A program made the translations under genes and the position numbers. A DNA stretch of 64,000 nt from Ophelia neglecta. Taxonomy: Eukaryota. Within the stretch, counting starts at the first letter, position 1; each line of letters starts with the position of its first letter. The stretch is taken from positions 81,282,001 to 81,346,000 of the forward strand of contig OZ260663.1 of assembly GCA_965285935.1 (NCBI GenBank), given 5' to 3'. Shown piece after piece: positions 48,516 to 61,895 of the stretch. The notes beneath the pieces are model-generated. The model was given only the letters and a program-made list of their open reading frames with translations. It did not search any database and had not been told where the DNA came from.

Positions 48516-51500
48516 CCTTCTCCCGAGGGTCTCCCCCCCCCCCCCCCTTCCACAGGTCTGACCCCACAGCGTTGGTTCTGGCCCAGCCCCAAGGACCCCG
48601 CCTTGTTGGACTGGACACATGGAGAAGACTTCTTGTTCTGTCCGGGAAGCATCTAGACATCTCCTCTCCAGCAGGGGAGGTCCCTCCGTTGTCCCTGAAC
48701 GTCTAAATCTGTACTATATATCAACAAAACTACTCGACACTCCTTACTTGACAATTTACATCACTAGTCCACAACTCATATAACAAATGAAAAATCCAAT
48801 CGCCTATTTGAAATTTCAGCTACAGTGTAGCCAACCTACCGATGAACCTAAGCAAAGGGACCGAAGTACATAATGATTTTACAAATCAGTCACATAAATA
48901 GTTCCATTAAAAAAAATACTCAAAAGCTATGGACAATCAACTTGTTCTTGTGTAAAGTAATATTTTGTAATTTGGGTACATTTTCAGTGTTTTTTTTTAT
49001 TGGAGCCACACCCAGTATGTGTGGCTGATAAGTTTTATCAAACAATCGACCAGGGAAAAAATACGCGATGATATGTTTATAAAATAAATACAGTTGTTAT
49101 TTTTTCCTTTGGATTGTCGCCATGTTATCTGATGATAACTAAACAACGGGTGCAAATGTTAAAAATATATGTTTACAAATTGCACTACAATAAGGTATCT
49201 GTGAGCGGATTATCTTTTCTGATCCGGTTTATCTCTAGTCATATGCTTCGCCGTTTTCTCACGTCGATAATCTCCTTGTTTTGAATTTGGTGATATTTGT
49301 ATTGACTATTCGGTAGCTTCAATTACGAAAAAACTCACAGAGAAACGTTGTAAGTAAGACTGAACGTGTTGTTATGGTCGGTGTTGGACTGGGGAAGGGC
49401 GAGATCTGGCATATATCACTCGTCTTTCAAGACCCACCACAGCGAGAGCTCGACTCACAGCCAACTAGCCTTGCCTCTCGATATCCCAGATCGGGTAAAA
49501 CTGTTAAGACACAAAAGCATTACAAATTTCTGACACCTGAAAACACCAGTCGGGTTTAACCCAGTGCTTTTTAAAACAAATCTGGAAGTAAAGTAGTGAA
49601 GAAACACGACACATACTGTGCCTCACTGGTTTGTCCGCACCTAGCCGGATCTGCGTAAATTCATTTGGTTTCGAGTTACTCCATCAAAATGTGTTTAGAT
49701 GACTTAACCCAAACTACCCCAATTTACAAGTGTTAAAAATATCTGACTTCTCGCCCTTGCTGATTGTGGGGTGAGTTTTTTCCACGCGAGACTCTGTCTT
49801 GATGAGACTCGTTCACTTTGTTTTCCCCCGACCGACATTAACGAGAATAAAACTTAAGATTTTAAGAAAGACCAGCGCTCCGGGTTGAGGCGTTTTCCAT
49901 GTACAGCACGAATGACAATTGTCAGAGACAAAAACTTTCGTATTGACGAACAAGATGGAGAATGATTTGTGAATTGCGGACTGTTATTAATGGCATGCAT
50001 TAGAATTGTAATTGGCAATAGGCAATTATACGCATAATTACTGTATGTGTAATAATGTCACGGTCCGAAATTCAACCAAATCATACCCCCAAAACGCGCA
50101 ATTTATTGTGACAGCTACAAATCGCTATGTTGTGTGTATGGTCGCTCCAAAGCAAATTCAGTCAAGTATACAAGTGAATGTCGCATAATATTGTCAAAAC
50201 TATAATGGCTCATAATTGTCATTTAGAGGAGACAAAGGAGTTGGTAATTTTGAATGCGAAATTCAAGTTGACACTATAATTATGCACTTTCACTGTGAGG
50301 TTGAAATGTCCAGGAAACGGTGAAATTTACCAGTAAATTCAATTAAGTTCTCGCCGAGTTTAAGCCGATTATGGTCCCACTAGTGCGGCTTTAAGCTGGG
50401 ATGAGCAGGAATTGCCTACTACACCGGAAATGGGATGCAGGCGACAGGAGACACTAAAATACTCGTGGCTTTAACAACGACAAGACTAATATTAGGCTTT
50501 GACGGGAGAAATGTTCCATCTTTCTGCCATCCAGGTCTAATCCTTCCCGGGCTCATGGGCTCATATGGGTTTGCTGGCATATACAAAGATTTCAACATAA
50601 ACATATAGTTTTATCGAAGACGTATGTACACGTTCTGTATGCGGTTATAGCTAAAGGACACATACCAAAAAAAAACGGGTTGGGCACAAGCTTGCTAGCT
50701 GTTAAAAATGGAAATCCAAAAATTACTTATAAATTTGTGTGCCTACAAGAATAAGGTTGCATTTGACACATTTTAATGATTTATATATATTTATGGCTGA
50801 CACACCGACCGGACGATACGACACGCTGTGTTTTATGTTTGTCAGTACCGGTAGCTTCTCTCCATTTTCGTTTTAACATTTGTGCCATGTAAAGTTAAAT
50901 GACCAGCGGTCTGTCTTGGTCGCTTGCAGTCTCTCCCGGGAATGTCTGGACTCACCAGCAGAATATCAGACTCACCAGCAGGCAATTTGTTTTAACAGGG
51001 CTGGCTTAGAAATGTGTCGGGGGAGTACCAAAGCAGAAAAGGTGGACAAAAGTCGAGGTGCAGGGCTTAATTATAGCTATAATGGATGTTTGCGTGAGCA
51101 GCAATGGGCTGTCCCGGAAGGGAGGGGCTCGGTGGACACATTGGACATATTGAAGACGAGCTCGGCGTCGGCTGCACGCACCTCCTTGTCTCACCAACCG
51201 GCCCGGCTAACTGATTGTATTTAGCAATGTTTACAGTTGCTCGAGAGAAGCAATATATATTGGAAATTTCTATAAAAGGGGCTTCTAACAGAAAGGAATT
51301 ATATGTTATGTATATGTATATAGGTTATGCCTAATCATTATTTTTCTTTATCACAAGTCATGCTTTGATAGAACATCAACCACGCGTTCAACTTAGAATT
51401 GGATCCTTTTGATTAATGTATGCCCCCAAAAATCATCCTTAACTGAAATACGTCTTCTTCTATCAGGGATTGTATTATCACAGTGAGGTAGTAATACGGT

Positions 51501-54500
51501 AGACAGCAATAAATGTCCGATTTCATCGGTACATTGGGTCTATCACATTCCCTTTGACAACTGCTGTAATCTAATTTACTTGTTTATTGATCGGCGAAAC
51601 CATATCATGCGCTTTTATTACGTGCAAAATATTGTCAATGCTGTTCGAAATGCGACAATATTGTCACCATAAAGAAACCATTCTCCTTAAGCTTCCTTTC
51701 AGCCGGCTCTAATTGTGTTTTCAGATATCCTTGGCGCTTTTGACACTAAATCTTTCCTTCTATTCTACGAGGATAAGTGGGTTTCCGTAATGGTTAGAGC
51801 GGGCTGTCTATCATGTACAAACAACCCAATTTACATCCAGACAACAGCAATATTCCTTGTAAAACGAGCAGGCAAACAGTAGTCTGCTGAAAGCTATAAG
51901 CCTAAAACAATACCCGTTCGCCTTTGCTATTTATGAAAGGGCGATATGCATAAACACAGGTTTACCTAAATAGGAATGAGCCGGCGGTACTCCCTCCCAG
52001 AACACAGTGATCTTTATGAGTGGGTACGAAATAAGCCAGCACTGATAAACATGTCTTGTGTTTGCGAGCAGCAGACGACATTTAGCGGATGATTGGTTTG
52101 TAGGGCCTGAAATCCAGAATAGTTCGCGGGAGTTTATGTGAGCAGATGACTATTGAATTTGTTTTGCCATGACTAGCTCATTTGGCCAACCTCAAAATGC
52201 GAATTGACAGATCACCCATTAGTAAAATAAATTGTTGCGATGGAAATGAAAATAGTGTGAGGAACTAGACCAAGCAGATGTATGCGTACCAGCATTTAGG
52301 ATATGACTAAAAGGTCAAAACAACTAAACAAAAACATCTATAGATATATATAGCAGCATATCGCTGGTAATCATTTTATTTCGGTCCTACACTAAAAACA
52401 CCTGAGTATATTAGGCCTATATAAACGTGGTCTTTTTCACTATAAACGTGGCCTTCTACTTCAACTATATGTGGACGCTTAAGAATAAGACAAAATCTAC
52501 TTCCGGTAGAAAAAATGAAAGCCCACATTGGCGGCCATGAAACGGCAGTTAAGATAGTAAACCAACAACATTTTGTCATAAACATTTTTAGAAATACTAT
52601 TATTTAACACACACAACTGCCTGCCACTCAAAATTAAGAAGGAAATGTTTGGACGATGGATAACTCTATAGAGCTACTCCTGGGTAAAGCATGTTATACG
52701 CGGATGTGTCTACAGCCTTATTCATCGTGTAAACGACACTAGCCGCTACAAAAACATGTTTGACTAAAACCTATGGGGATAATGCTATCAACCGTACATA
52801 CAGAGTCCAAATGCCCTGACCATTTGAAGAGCAGATAGGCTCTCCGATCTGGGACAAGCCATCTTAAAAGGGTCGTTCTTGCAGAGTGCAAACCCATGTC
52901 GCTACATATGATCTCCATGTCGACAGGATAAGACGACTGAAAGCAATGACATTTGCCATGTTTCTATAACATTTTCCCCACATTTTCCCAAATTATTTGT
53001 CCGCATAACAAGTGTACTCATAACGGTAATCGTTTGCCTTGCTGTTAGAATAATATTTGGGTTTCATTAGCCCGTGTTATGGTGCCGCCAGCCGCTCGCT
53101 ATATTGGTATTGTTGCCCTATTGGGGAGCATTGCCCCATTAAAGTAGGACAAGTCACATCTTGGTCGGATTATGAATGATCCCCTTGCGACAAGCGAGTG
53201 TCAACCCCGAATTATTCTCGGCAACGATTTCATTATCCGGTCTGCGCTTTAGGGGACATATGTAGCATTTTGCCGAACAAATTGCCGCGCCCTTTCTCTG
53301 GCTTCATGGCCCCGCCGCCATTTTCGCCCGCCAACTCCGTTGTCATAACCAGCCCGCCCCGTCGCCTGATTTCCCTTGCGACTAACCGTGAATATTTCAA
53401 TTATATTTTCATATAGTCTATTTATCCGTGTACTGTTGAACTGACGTGTGTAGCCATTATGCCATGATAGATTTGCTGGATGCTTGATTTTCCTATCACG
53501 AAGCTCGACATCGCATGAAGGCGCCAAACGACATCTTTACGTAATGAAACATCCGGCGGAATGGAGTTAAACTTTCACAGCTCTTGTCGACATCTGGGAC
53601 AGCCTATTTAGGAGGAAAAGATGAGAACGGGCTCGGTTTATGTCCTCGCTCAATACGGCAATTCGGTTTCTTTCTCACCTCTTAATTAAGGCGCCCAGAT
53701 TGGAGAAGGTCGTTCGTCACCCTCTCTTTCATGGCGTCCTCGCCGACAATGGACGCGGCATAAAGAACTGGGAATACTTGAGCGGCTCACTCACATCTAC
53801 AGTGTCGACTTAATTCAATCTTTTAAGGTTGGGGGCAGTAAATCTGCGTGTTTCCCACTATCGTAGATCACTTGGGTTCGACTTTTAGAGGACTCTCTCC
53901 CGTCCGCCATCATATCCTGCCCATTTGAGCCATTTTGTTTCATTTATAGCCCTAAATTTGCAAGCGATCGGCACTTGTGCTGAGCTTCGGTGGGTCTTAT
54001 GTATGACAAATGACACAGTATGCTTGCCCCAGGTAAAGCATGTCATGTGACAAGCAAAACAAATCGACCGGAAGTCTGAACAAGGGGCCGGAGTGTCCTT
54101 GTAGACTCGCTGTCGTGTCCTGATAAGTGAGGACCACCAAATTGGTCCAAGACCTTAGTTGACCTCATGGATCCAGCAGACCGAAAGAACGATTGCGCTG
54201 TTTACATTGGCATTCAGCTTTTTATTGACCTGCCCAGGGACTTCGGATTACAAAATCCGCACCTGTAGTCACCCCTAAATCCCAATTTTTCAGGAAATCA
54301 ATGAAGACTTAAGTGGACCTATCTGAGGATCGCCTGTAATGGTAAAGGTCCCGTGGGTCGATCTTCCTGGCCAATGCATATCAAGCGGATCGCTGGATCA
54401 CGCTCTCCGCTATTTGTCAGCTGTTTTCTATGAGCTTAGGTTTCTGCTGCAACAACGTTTCGAATACTACAAAATATGTTTCTTTCTGAGGAAAGACCAT

Positions 54501-57500
54501 GCATTGTTGGTTATGATGGGAGTCGCTGAGTCTTATCTTGTCGTACACTGGTACTGTTGCCTTCGGCAGCCTCGTACACCGGCCGACGACAAAGCCAATG
54601 TAAATCCCCCAACAGCGATCTGAAGGCAAATAAATTATATTCAAGGTGGTATCTACAGTCTCCGGTGAGTTGCAAACCTTTCAAAATGATTTAAGTTAGC
54701 TTTTACTGTAATGAACCACTCGGAAATGACTGCGCGGCCAACTCTCGCGGGGACGTGGTTTCAGAGATCACGCGTGACGATGCATTTTGCGGGCCGTTTT
54801 GTCGGAGGTATAGAAGGGTGCTGGACGCAGAAGGCGGTCTAAGAAGCCGATAGGAATACAGACACGGACGTTGGACTGCTTAGCCGATAGTTAGGATGCA
54901 ATGCAGTATATGGGCGTTCTCTTGGGGTTCCGTTTAATTTGTAAAAACATTGTATTCTTATGCCTGCGATAGCTCGTTATAACCCCATGCGCGGGTCGCT
55001 TGTTGTTTTGTAAACGAGGCTCGCCCGATACTAATCTCCCCTCTCGTCCCGCCGGAGAAGTCTTGTCATATTTCACTGCCACGGTCGATATATGAAACGT
55101 GCCCGGCACACCATTACCCGCAAAATATCGGGAATATGAAAGGGTCGTTGACAGATTGGTGATCCGCCTTGTAGAAACGGCCCGACTCGCCGCACTTACA
55201 CCCTGTGTGTTAAATACACGCTTGTACAACAAGCTTATATGGACAAGGTTTTAATCATCGTGCTCTATCTGTGTGCCTGGCGTACAAATAATGTATACTC
55301 CATTTTTACGCCATATATATAAGTAGCTCAGACGAATTCCATTAGCAATGTTGTGAATGCAAATAAGACCGCTGGGCCTAATTCAGCCTCATTTTGACCA
55401 TCCTAACACATGAAGATAGCTACTTCCGGTCAAAATAAATAATTGAGATATTAACTTAAAAATACGCAAGCTTTAAGATTTTGAACAGCCGGTAAGTCGA
55501 TAGATGAATCGCCAAACTAAAATACTGGTTCAAAGACGTGTTTTGCATATGTTGGTGTAATATTATCTCTCTTTAGTGCCGTAAAATTTCCCCAATATAC
55601 GAAAAAAGTCTCATCGCTGAGGCAGTGAGCAATTATTACTTAAAAAGGTCGATGCTGTTAAAACAAGGATGCCAAAAAGCAATTTATAGAACCAGATTAC
55701 AATGATCATTAGGTCTGGTGTCAGACTATTATATAAGGATGGCTATAGGTTAAATAAACACCGATAAACGAGTGAGTGTATATGGAACTTAATCAACTTC
55801 CGGTGTTGTACAAAGAATCAAATCAGTCAAGGGAAAATGTTTTACTATATAATACGTACACTAGGCTTAAATTAATTGTCCACATTCGATGGCGCCATCC
55901 TCTTTTTTCCTTTATCCTCGCCGACATTGAGCATTGACACAGATAAACGTTGTATTACAGGGAATACGGTGTTGTCACATGAAACGCCCTGACAGGGGTC
56001 AAAAATGTCAAAAGGGTCAACTGCTTCATTGTTACCAAATAACACCGGCTTCTAGGAGGGTGCTTGACAGAAAATTGACCGGCGTTCTTCACAGAGCGCC
56101 GCTTTTATTGCCAAGTTGGCAAAAATTACATAGCCGACTAAGTATGGCCTAATAACAGATTGGGGCTTTCGGTGATGATAATTGTCAGACGGCGTCTATG
56201 GGGCATGCGACTAAAAGACTGCCGGGGACTTCTAAAAGCTTCAGTTCCGATAACTACGGTAATTACAGGAATCAGATCGAAAAGCAAGATGGTCGATGTC
56301 TCAGTCAGTCGTTTGGCAAGGATAAAGCTCACCCTGGGCAGATAATAATTCTAGGCTTTCAGGACTGTTTCATTTAACAGAAGAATTTTGCCATCCTAGA
56401 CATGACATGCTTCGATTTCCAAATCATTTATTAACATGTGGGTGAAAATATACCAACTGTAACTAGACAAAATCCCACGTGTTGCTCACTGGTAACCACC
56501 ATCACTTAATACTTAATGTGAACATTAAATATCTTGAGAACTTCATGTTTGACACGTTAGTGTTTGAGTTCTGCACTCCTTTCTGATTGGTGCTGTTTTT
56601 AGATTAACACAAGTAATGATTGTCTCACAACAACCCCGTTTGAACTTTCTTACTGCTTTGACTAATTTCTATCTAGCAAATTTGGTTAAAAGCCTAATTG
56701 TTCTGTATTTATCTGGACTGATGGCCCTGGCTTAACTCTCGTGAAAATCAAAGGCGACATATCCGCCTCGAGTGGATAAAGTGACAGCTGAAGGAACCCG
56801 AGGAGGATAGTTCATGGCAAGACATACTGAAGAAGGCAAATAAAAAACCTAATGTCCTATAAAATATGTAGCTGTTCATCTGGATGAAATGCCACTCACA
56901 AATAGCCTCTTGTATACGGAACTGGATAAAATGCACGTGAGCGCTTTTATAATTATAATAATTGCGAGACAACCTGCCTCTTAATAGCGTTATATATGTT
57001 AATTTTAGTATCCGGAAATTTATTGTTTCTAACGAGGCATGAATAGATTTTATTTTAATAAGAACTCTGTGTCTAGTGAGAGTAGAGTTTTCGAGTGGAG
57101 AAGTGTTTACCACGAACGCATGCACACATTTAGAAAACTCGAGCAATGGTGTATGAATTTCTTAAACTGACAAACACTTATGCTCGGGTCTGAATCAATG
57201 CACGCGCGACTCCTCTTATATGAACAGATAGCAAAGATGTTTTAAGTGCTTTATTCTTCAGACGAGCGAAAATTTCATAAAACAAATATCGCATAACTTA
57301 ATCAGTATGTTAATCCGCCAGCTACAGGGCTGCATGTAGGCAATCGAGGGGTCATGCAGGATTGGTCGTGACATTGAGATTTGAAAATATCGTTGACAGT
57401 GGACGGATGTTGCCTACTTTAGTCCGTTTATGACAAGATTAACAGTTTTATTTCTATCTGTGTTCGCGCACGCACGCCAAACAGACACTTCATTACGGCT

Positions 57501-58826
57501 GGCAAAGATAATTACAGATAGAAACAAAGACATTCTGAGAGAAAGTGTATTCAACATGAAAGGCTGGCCGAATGCTTGGCGATGTTGGGCGGCCTCTTTG
57601 ATAATCCGACTGTCGATGGATCGTAGAGGATGAAGTATCTATTTCCATTAGACGAGTGGCTAAAGCGGTATTAGTCGATCTAGCCCTTCAACCCGCAATC
57701 CTCTGATGTGACGGCGCGCATAGCACATCTTGTCTCTACATTTACCCGCTAATGTGTAGTTTAACACACCACAATTGGCTGTCGGGATGGCAAAGGTCGT
57801 GTCCTTAACTAAAACAAAGACGTATTGTCAGAGTAGACCGGAGACATTAAAAACCAGTGGCATTTTAATGGAATACTGAGAAGCATAACCGGCTAGTTAT
57901 TAATGTCTGACGCGAAAACCGTTAAAACAAGGGTGAGAGGGGCAAACAGAAAATACTGAATGGCAAGTCAGCCGTATTTACTGGCCCGGTGCTTATGGCA
58001 CATGGCCATGTATATGACAATGAGGTTCCCGAGTATAGGCCTGTAGCGTTATGAATGATGACAGGTAATTCATATTCTCGTCGAAATAAAAATTACACAA
58101 TCGTAAGTGAGTGACTATCATCCATTAAACGATTGCAGACAGATAAGGCAAGCTTTTTTCTTGCATAAACTGAAGCCATTTTAAAATTTATCAGCCTTCA
58201 AAATTAATGCCAATGGCACCGAACTTTTTTGTTTAATTATCTTCTTTTTAATCAGCATGCAATAAACAGAATAAAGTATCTGAATTGTTGCAATTTCTTA
58301 CATAAAAGCCTAATGTAGATTTACCGCTGAAAAATGTCCCTGTAATTAGTCAAAAGGCAGTATTTATCGAATGAAATATCTATTTTATTTCGAATGCTTT
58401 AGCTTAATTTGTCTGTAAAATATCAAGTTTCAACTGTCTCAATTAATGACGTACCAGACTCCATTAAATTCAACAAGACTCATTCAATTTAGAGTTTTAG
58501 AGAGGTACACCCCTTATAAATAAGCATTCCAGACTATCTCACTGACACTATCAGCTCTGATATCGACGAACACACTTCCACAACAGAATGCTGGTCAGAG
58601 GTTTGCCTTTACTGATATATCATATTGGCGCCAGCGGGAACGGTATCTATGTAAACGTAAAAAGTCGTCTGCAAAAAGGACATTCCGAGCAGTGCCGTCA
58701 TTGTCTGTATACAGATCGACATAAATAACTCATAATCGAATATGTATTCTTTTGTAAACCTATCAAATGGATAAATATGAAAATTGACAACAAACTTGCT
58801 GTTGACATGAGTGGTGTATAAAACAG

Positions 58827-58832
58827 TTTATT
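58827..58832 (-). terminator. Candidate Irx polyadenylation signal
   Basis: AATAAA on the - strand (tttatt on +), followed on the - strand by a GU/U-rich tract (gtttgttgtcaattttcat). The sequence at 58.8-60.3 kb is U-rich on the - strand, like a 3' UTR. Confidence 0.5.
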
Positions 58833-61293
58833 ACAAACACATACATATATTTACATCTATCATATATATTCAATGTATATTACATGCAATTTTAGAGAAT
58901 CTAATTCCGATAAATTATTTTATACATGTATCATGTCTTTGGTATGGTATAGTGAATGTATGCCCAACACTCCTGAAGTGACTTCACATTAATTAAAATG
59001 TATTAGGTGAAGGTATACAATTAATGAATCTCAAAGAGATTTACTCTTTTGATAATTAATTATAGATACATGCAAATTGGTTGCTACACAACATTCACAA
59101 TATATTTATATGTATATAATATATACCTTACATTATAACAAATTATTTGTCATTAAATATTCATTTATAATTGAGAAATGGACAAAATGATCGAAGATAC
59201 TGTTAACACCGTGTAGAAAGAAACTCACAGAACAATATATTTTCACCCACAAACATAACAGACTGTAGACATTCTTTATCTGGGCTAAGACATTAGACAA
59301 CTAGCTGTTTAACAGGGGGTAAGGTTTTGAAGCTTTAGGCGGGCGGTGGGGGGGGGGGGGCACGAGGGGAGTTTGTCGGAGATTGTAAGGGGTGGTGAGC
59401 TTGGGGTTCCCCCACCAGGAGGGGTGTCGGGGCGGGGAGCTCCCACAAAGGAGGGGGGGGGGGGGTATGGGGTGGGGTTCCTGACCCCTTTTACTAGCGA
59501 GAACCAGTTGAGAGTGTGGGTGTATAAATTAGAGCCTCTTATAGAGGAGTCTACGTGGGGGGCTGGCCCCTACAAGACCCTCCCTGGATGGCGACATCCA
59601 TCCCTAACCTTCCCCTCAACCCCTCAGACCACAATTTGAAACCCCTGATCAGCCAGTGCAGAAGACTTGGTGACTATCGGCACTCCGATCACAAGGGTAG
59701 ACCAGCCGTAACTTGAAAAATTGCACATTAATTTCATGTAGCCCATACTTGCCCAAATATGGCACAATCACACAAATCCGACTGAGTCGCTGATTGTTGC
59801 AATAAACAAAGAACGCAATTTGCTTAACCATAAAAAGCATTACCAATTGTAAACATATCAAACTAAGAATGCTTTAGATTTAGAATAATTTATACACGAT
59901 GCTGGCCTATACTTTTAACAATATTTATAGTCAAGTCGAGACTGCATGACAATCCGGATTCACAATTTATTTTCAGTATCTGGCCGAATATTGTCAGACT
60001 TAAAAAACAATAAACCCTGACTTCACATTTGATGCGAGGTGATACAAGGAAAACAAACAAACCAACAATATTTATAATTCAGATGGCGGTCCACATGTCA
60101 TGAACACGTGACCATGTGGCCTTTACGACTGGAAACCGTTTTCTAATATCAATAATAATGACCAGTGCGTCTAAACTTAGTTCACGCAGTGTGCAAAATA
60201 GCTGTTCCTGCCTTGTTCAGTTGCGCATGCTCAGAGATGTATTAAAGTTCGTCTGCGCAAAAGCGGCCTTCCGCCTGGGGGTTAATATCCTAAAAGTCAC
60301 TGTTAAGAATTCCAAATGGATCCTGCTATATCACAGTTTGCAGAACTACAAATGATGTTCTTTCCAATTGGGTAACGTCCCTTAAAACTTGGAATTTGCA
60401 GCTTGCAAAGTGGAGGAAGTGCCTCTGACCAGCATTGTCTGACTTTCAATGGAGTCCATGCAAGACGCATACACAGCACAACACTGGAACGCAAAATAAG
60501 GAGTTCAAAAAAGGCAAAAAGGAACAATGATAATCGAATATTTTTTTCTCGTAAATTAAGCTTTAATCAATATGCCAAGATATGTCTTATCAAATATGTT
60601 CGCTGCTAACCGCATTCACTTTATTGCCTATGTCCGAAATAATGTTGAGAAAACTAGTCCATGCAACTATATATAAAAACTGTAAAAGTAACTAATAGTG
60701 GCATTGATGAGGGTTTAATTAAATGTAGTGTTTACTTACCACCGACCCTGTTCTGTAGAGTTACAACATTAGGGAGTATTGTCATCATACTCTGCAAAAA
60801 AAAATCACAAACGTATAAGTTTCTTTTCGAGCTTTTTAAAAACAAAAGAGTATTATCTACAGCATAAAACCTAAACACAATTAGTAGAAATAATCTTTTC
60901 TTTATATTTGAGAGCTTATTATAGCCATGGAGTTTCTGAGTATCTATTAAATAATCCATGTAGTTATCCAATATCAATTTAACACCATTTTATTTGACTA
61001 CCTTAATCAGCTCTTTACATATGAGATTAAATCCTTCTGACATTTGTCCTCTGAGAATTATCTATGAGGCACCTGTGTAAAGACTTTAGTTACATACGCT
61101 AATATTTGGACAACCATTATGTCGTCATTATGTGACGCTTCATTTAACTGTTTACAGTTGGCAAACAAACCCTCCAATCAGGGGATATCAATACTTCTTA
61201 ATGTGAGAACCGCCGTGTGTGTCTGCTTGCCAATGTTTATAAGGTGACAAGCGGCTAAGTGTATGTTTAATTATAAACGAGGTATGGAATAAT

Positions 61294-61444
61294 TTAATAA
61301 TTAATTAAGTAAATTAATGACACTGCGGGTGGGGCGTTCTTGGCACGCGCGGCGAGTCGATAGGCGGGGCCGAGAGAGGGCGGAGGGCGAGCCCCCAAGA
61401 CGCAGATCCACCGTAAAAGGTTTCTTTGATCTAACTCTTTGTTC
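61294..61444 (-). CDS. Irx: Candidate last coding exon of Irx (RNKELDQRNLLRWICVLG...IYLINY*); alternative candidate 60303-60345 (SSANCDIAGSIWNS*)
   Basis: Acceptor ggttttctacag| is phase-2 compatible and the frame is open to TAA 61294. There is no family motif to confirm it, and the CDS may simply stop at 61801. Confidence 0.3.
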
Positions 61445-61804
61445 CTGTAGAAAACCTGTGGGTTTTATCAAGCAAATCGTGTCTCACACTCCCGGCTAGA
61501 TGTCTGAGTCGGATTCAACTCACAGTCCCGCCTCGTCTTACTCGGATCCCCCCAGGGAAGAACCGACAATCGTTAAAACCTTTCACTTTTTGCCCCCATC
61601 AAATGCGTTTTAGGAAGAGCTAAAATAAATCTCTTGAGGGCCACGCTTTGGTTTTGCTTTCTAATGAACACAAAGAAAACTGGAGGAAGCTAACAAGAAG
61701 AAAGTTAATTTGGATAAAAGGAGGCTGAATATGGATCCGAATCTACCCGACAGAATCGGTTACCTCTAACTAATCAAATGTTTAAATAAATCATTTCTGC
61801 TCAC

Positions 61805-61895
61805 CTTTTTAGAACTGGTTTGAAAGCAGTGTGTGCTTCGCCAGTTGTTGTTGTATTGAAGCTGCTGGAAAGTTGAGGTATGTCATTTTTCTCAC
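61805..61895 (-). CDS. Irx: Irx C-terminal exon (G)EKNDIPQLSSSFNTTTTGEAHTAFKPVLK(R/S)
   Basis: Acceptor tgattttactgacag| in phase 1 matches the 63444 donor. TAFKPV resembles the AF-x-PV C-terminal motif of Irx1/Irx3-type proteins. Donor ag|gtgagc overlaps an in-frame TGA at 61801-61803. Confidence 0.85.

Noticed and set aside
48035-48660. ORFs of 76-205 aa on both strands
   Set aside because: Products of the 19-bp minisatellite.
34700-58800. Degenerate duplicated Sowah exons or a further Irx gene in the intergenic spacer
   Set aside because: No ankyrin, homeodomain or IRO-box-like translation was seen. Highly eroded remnants would need TBLASTN to exclude.
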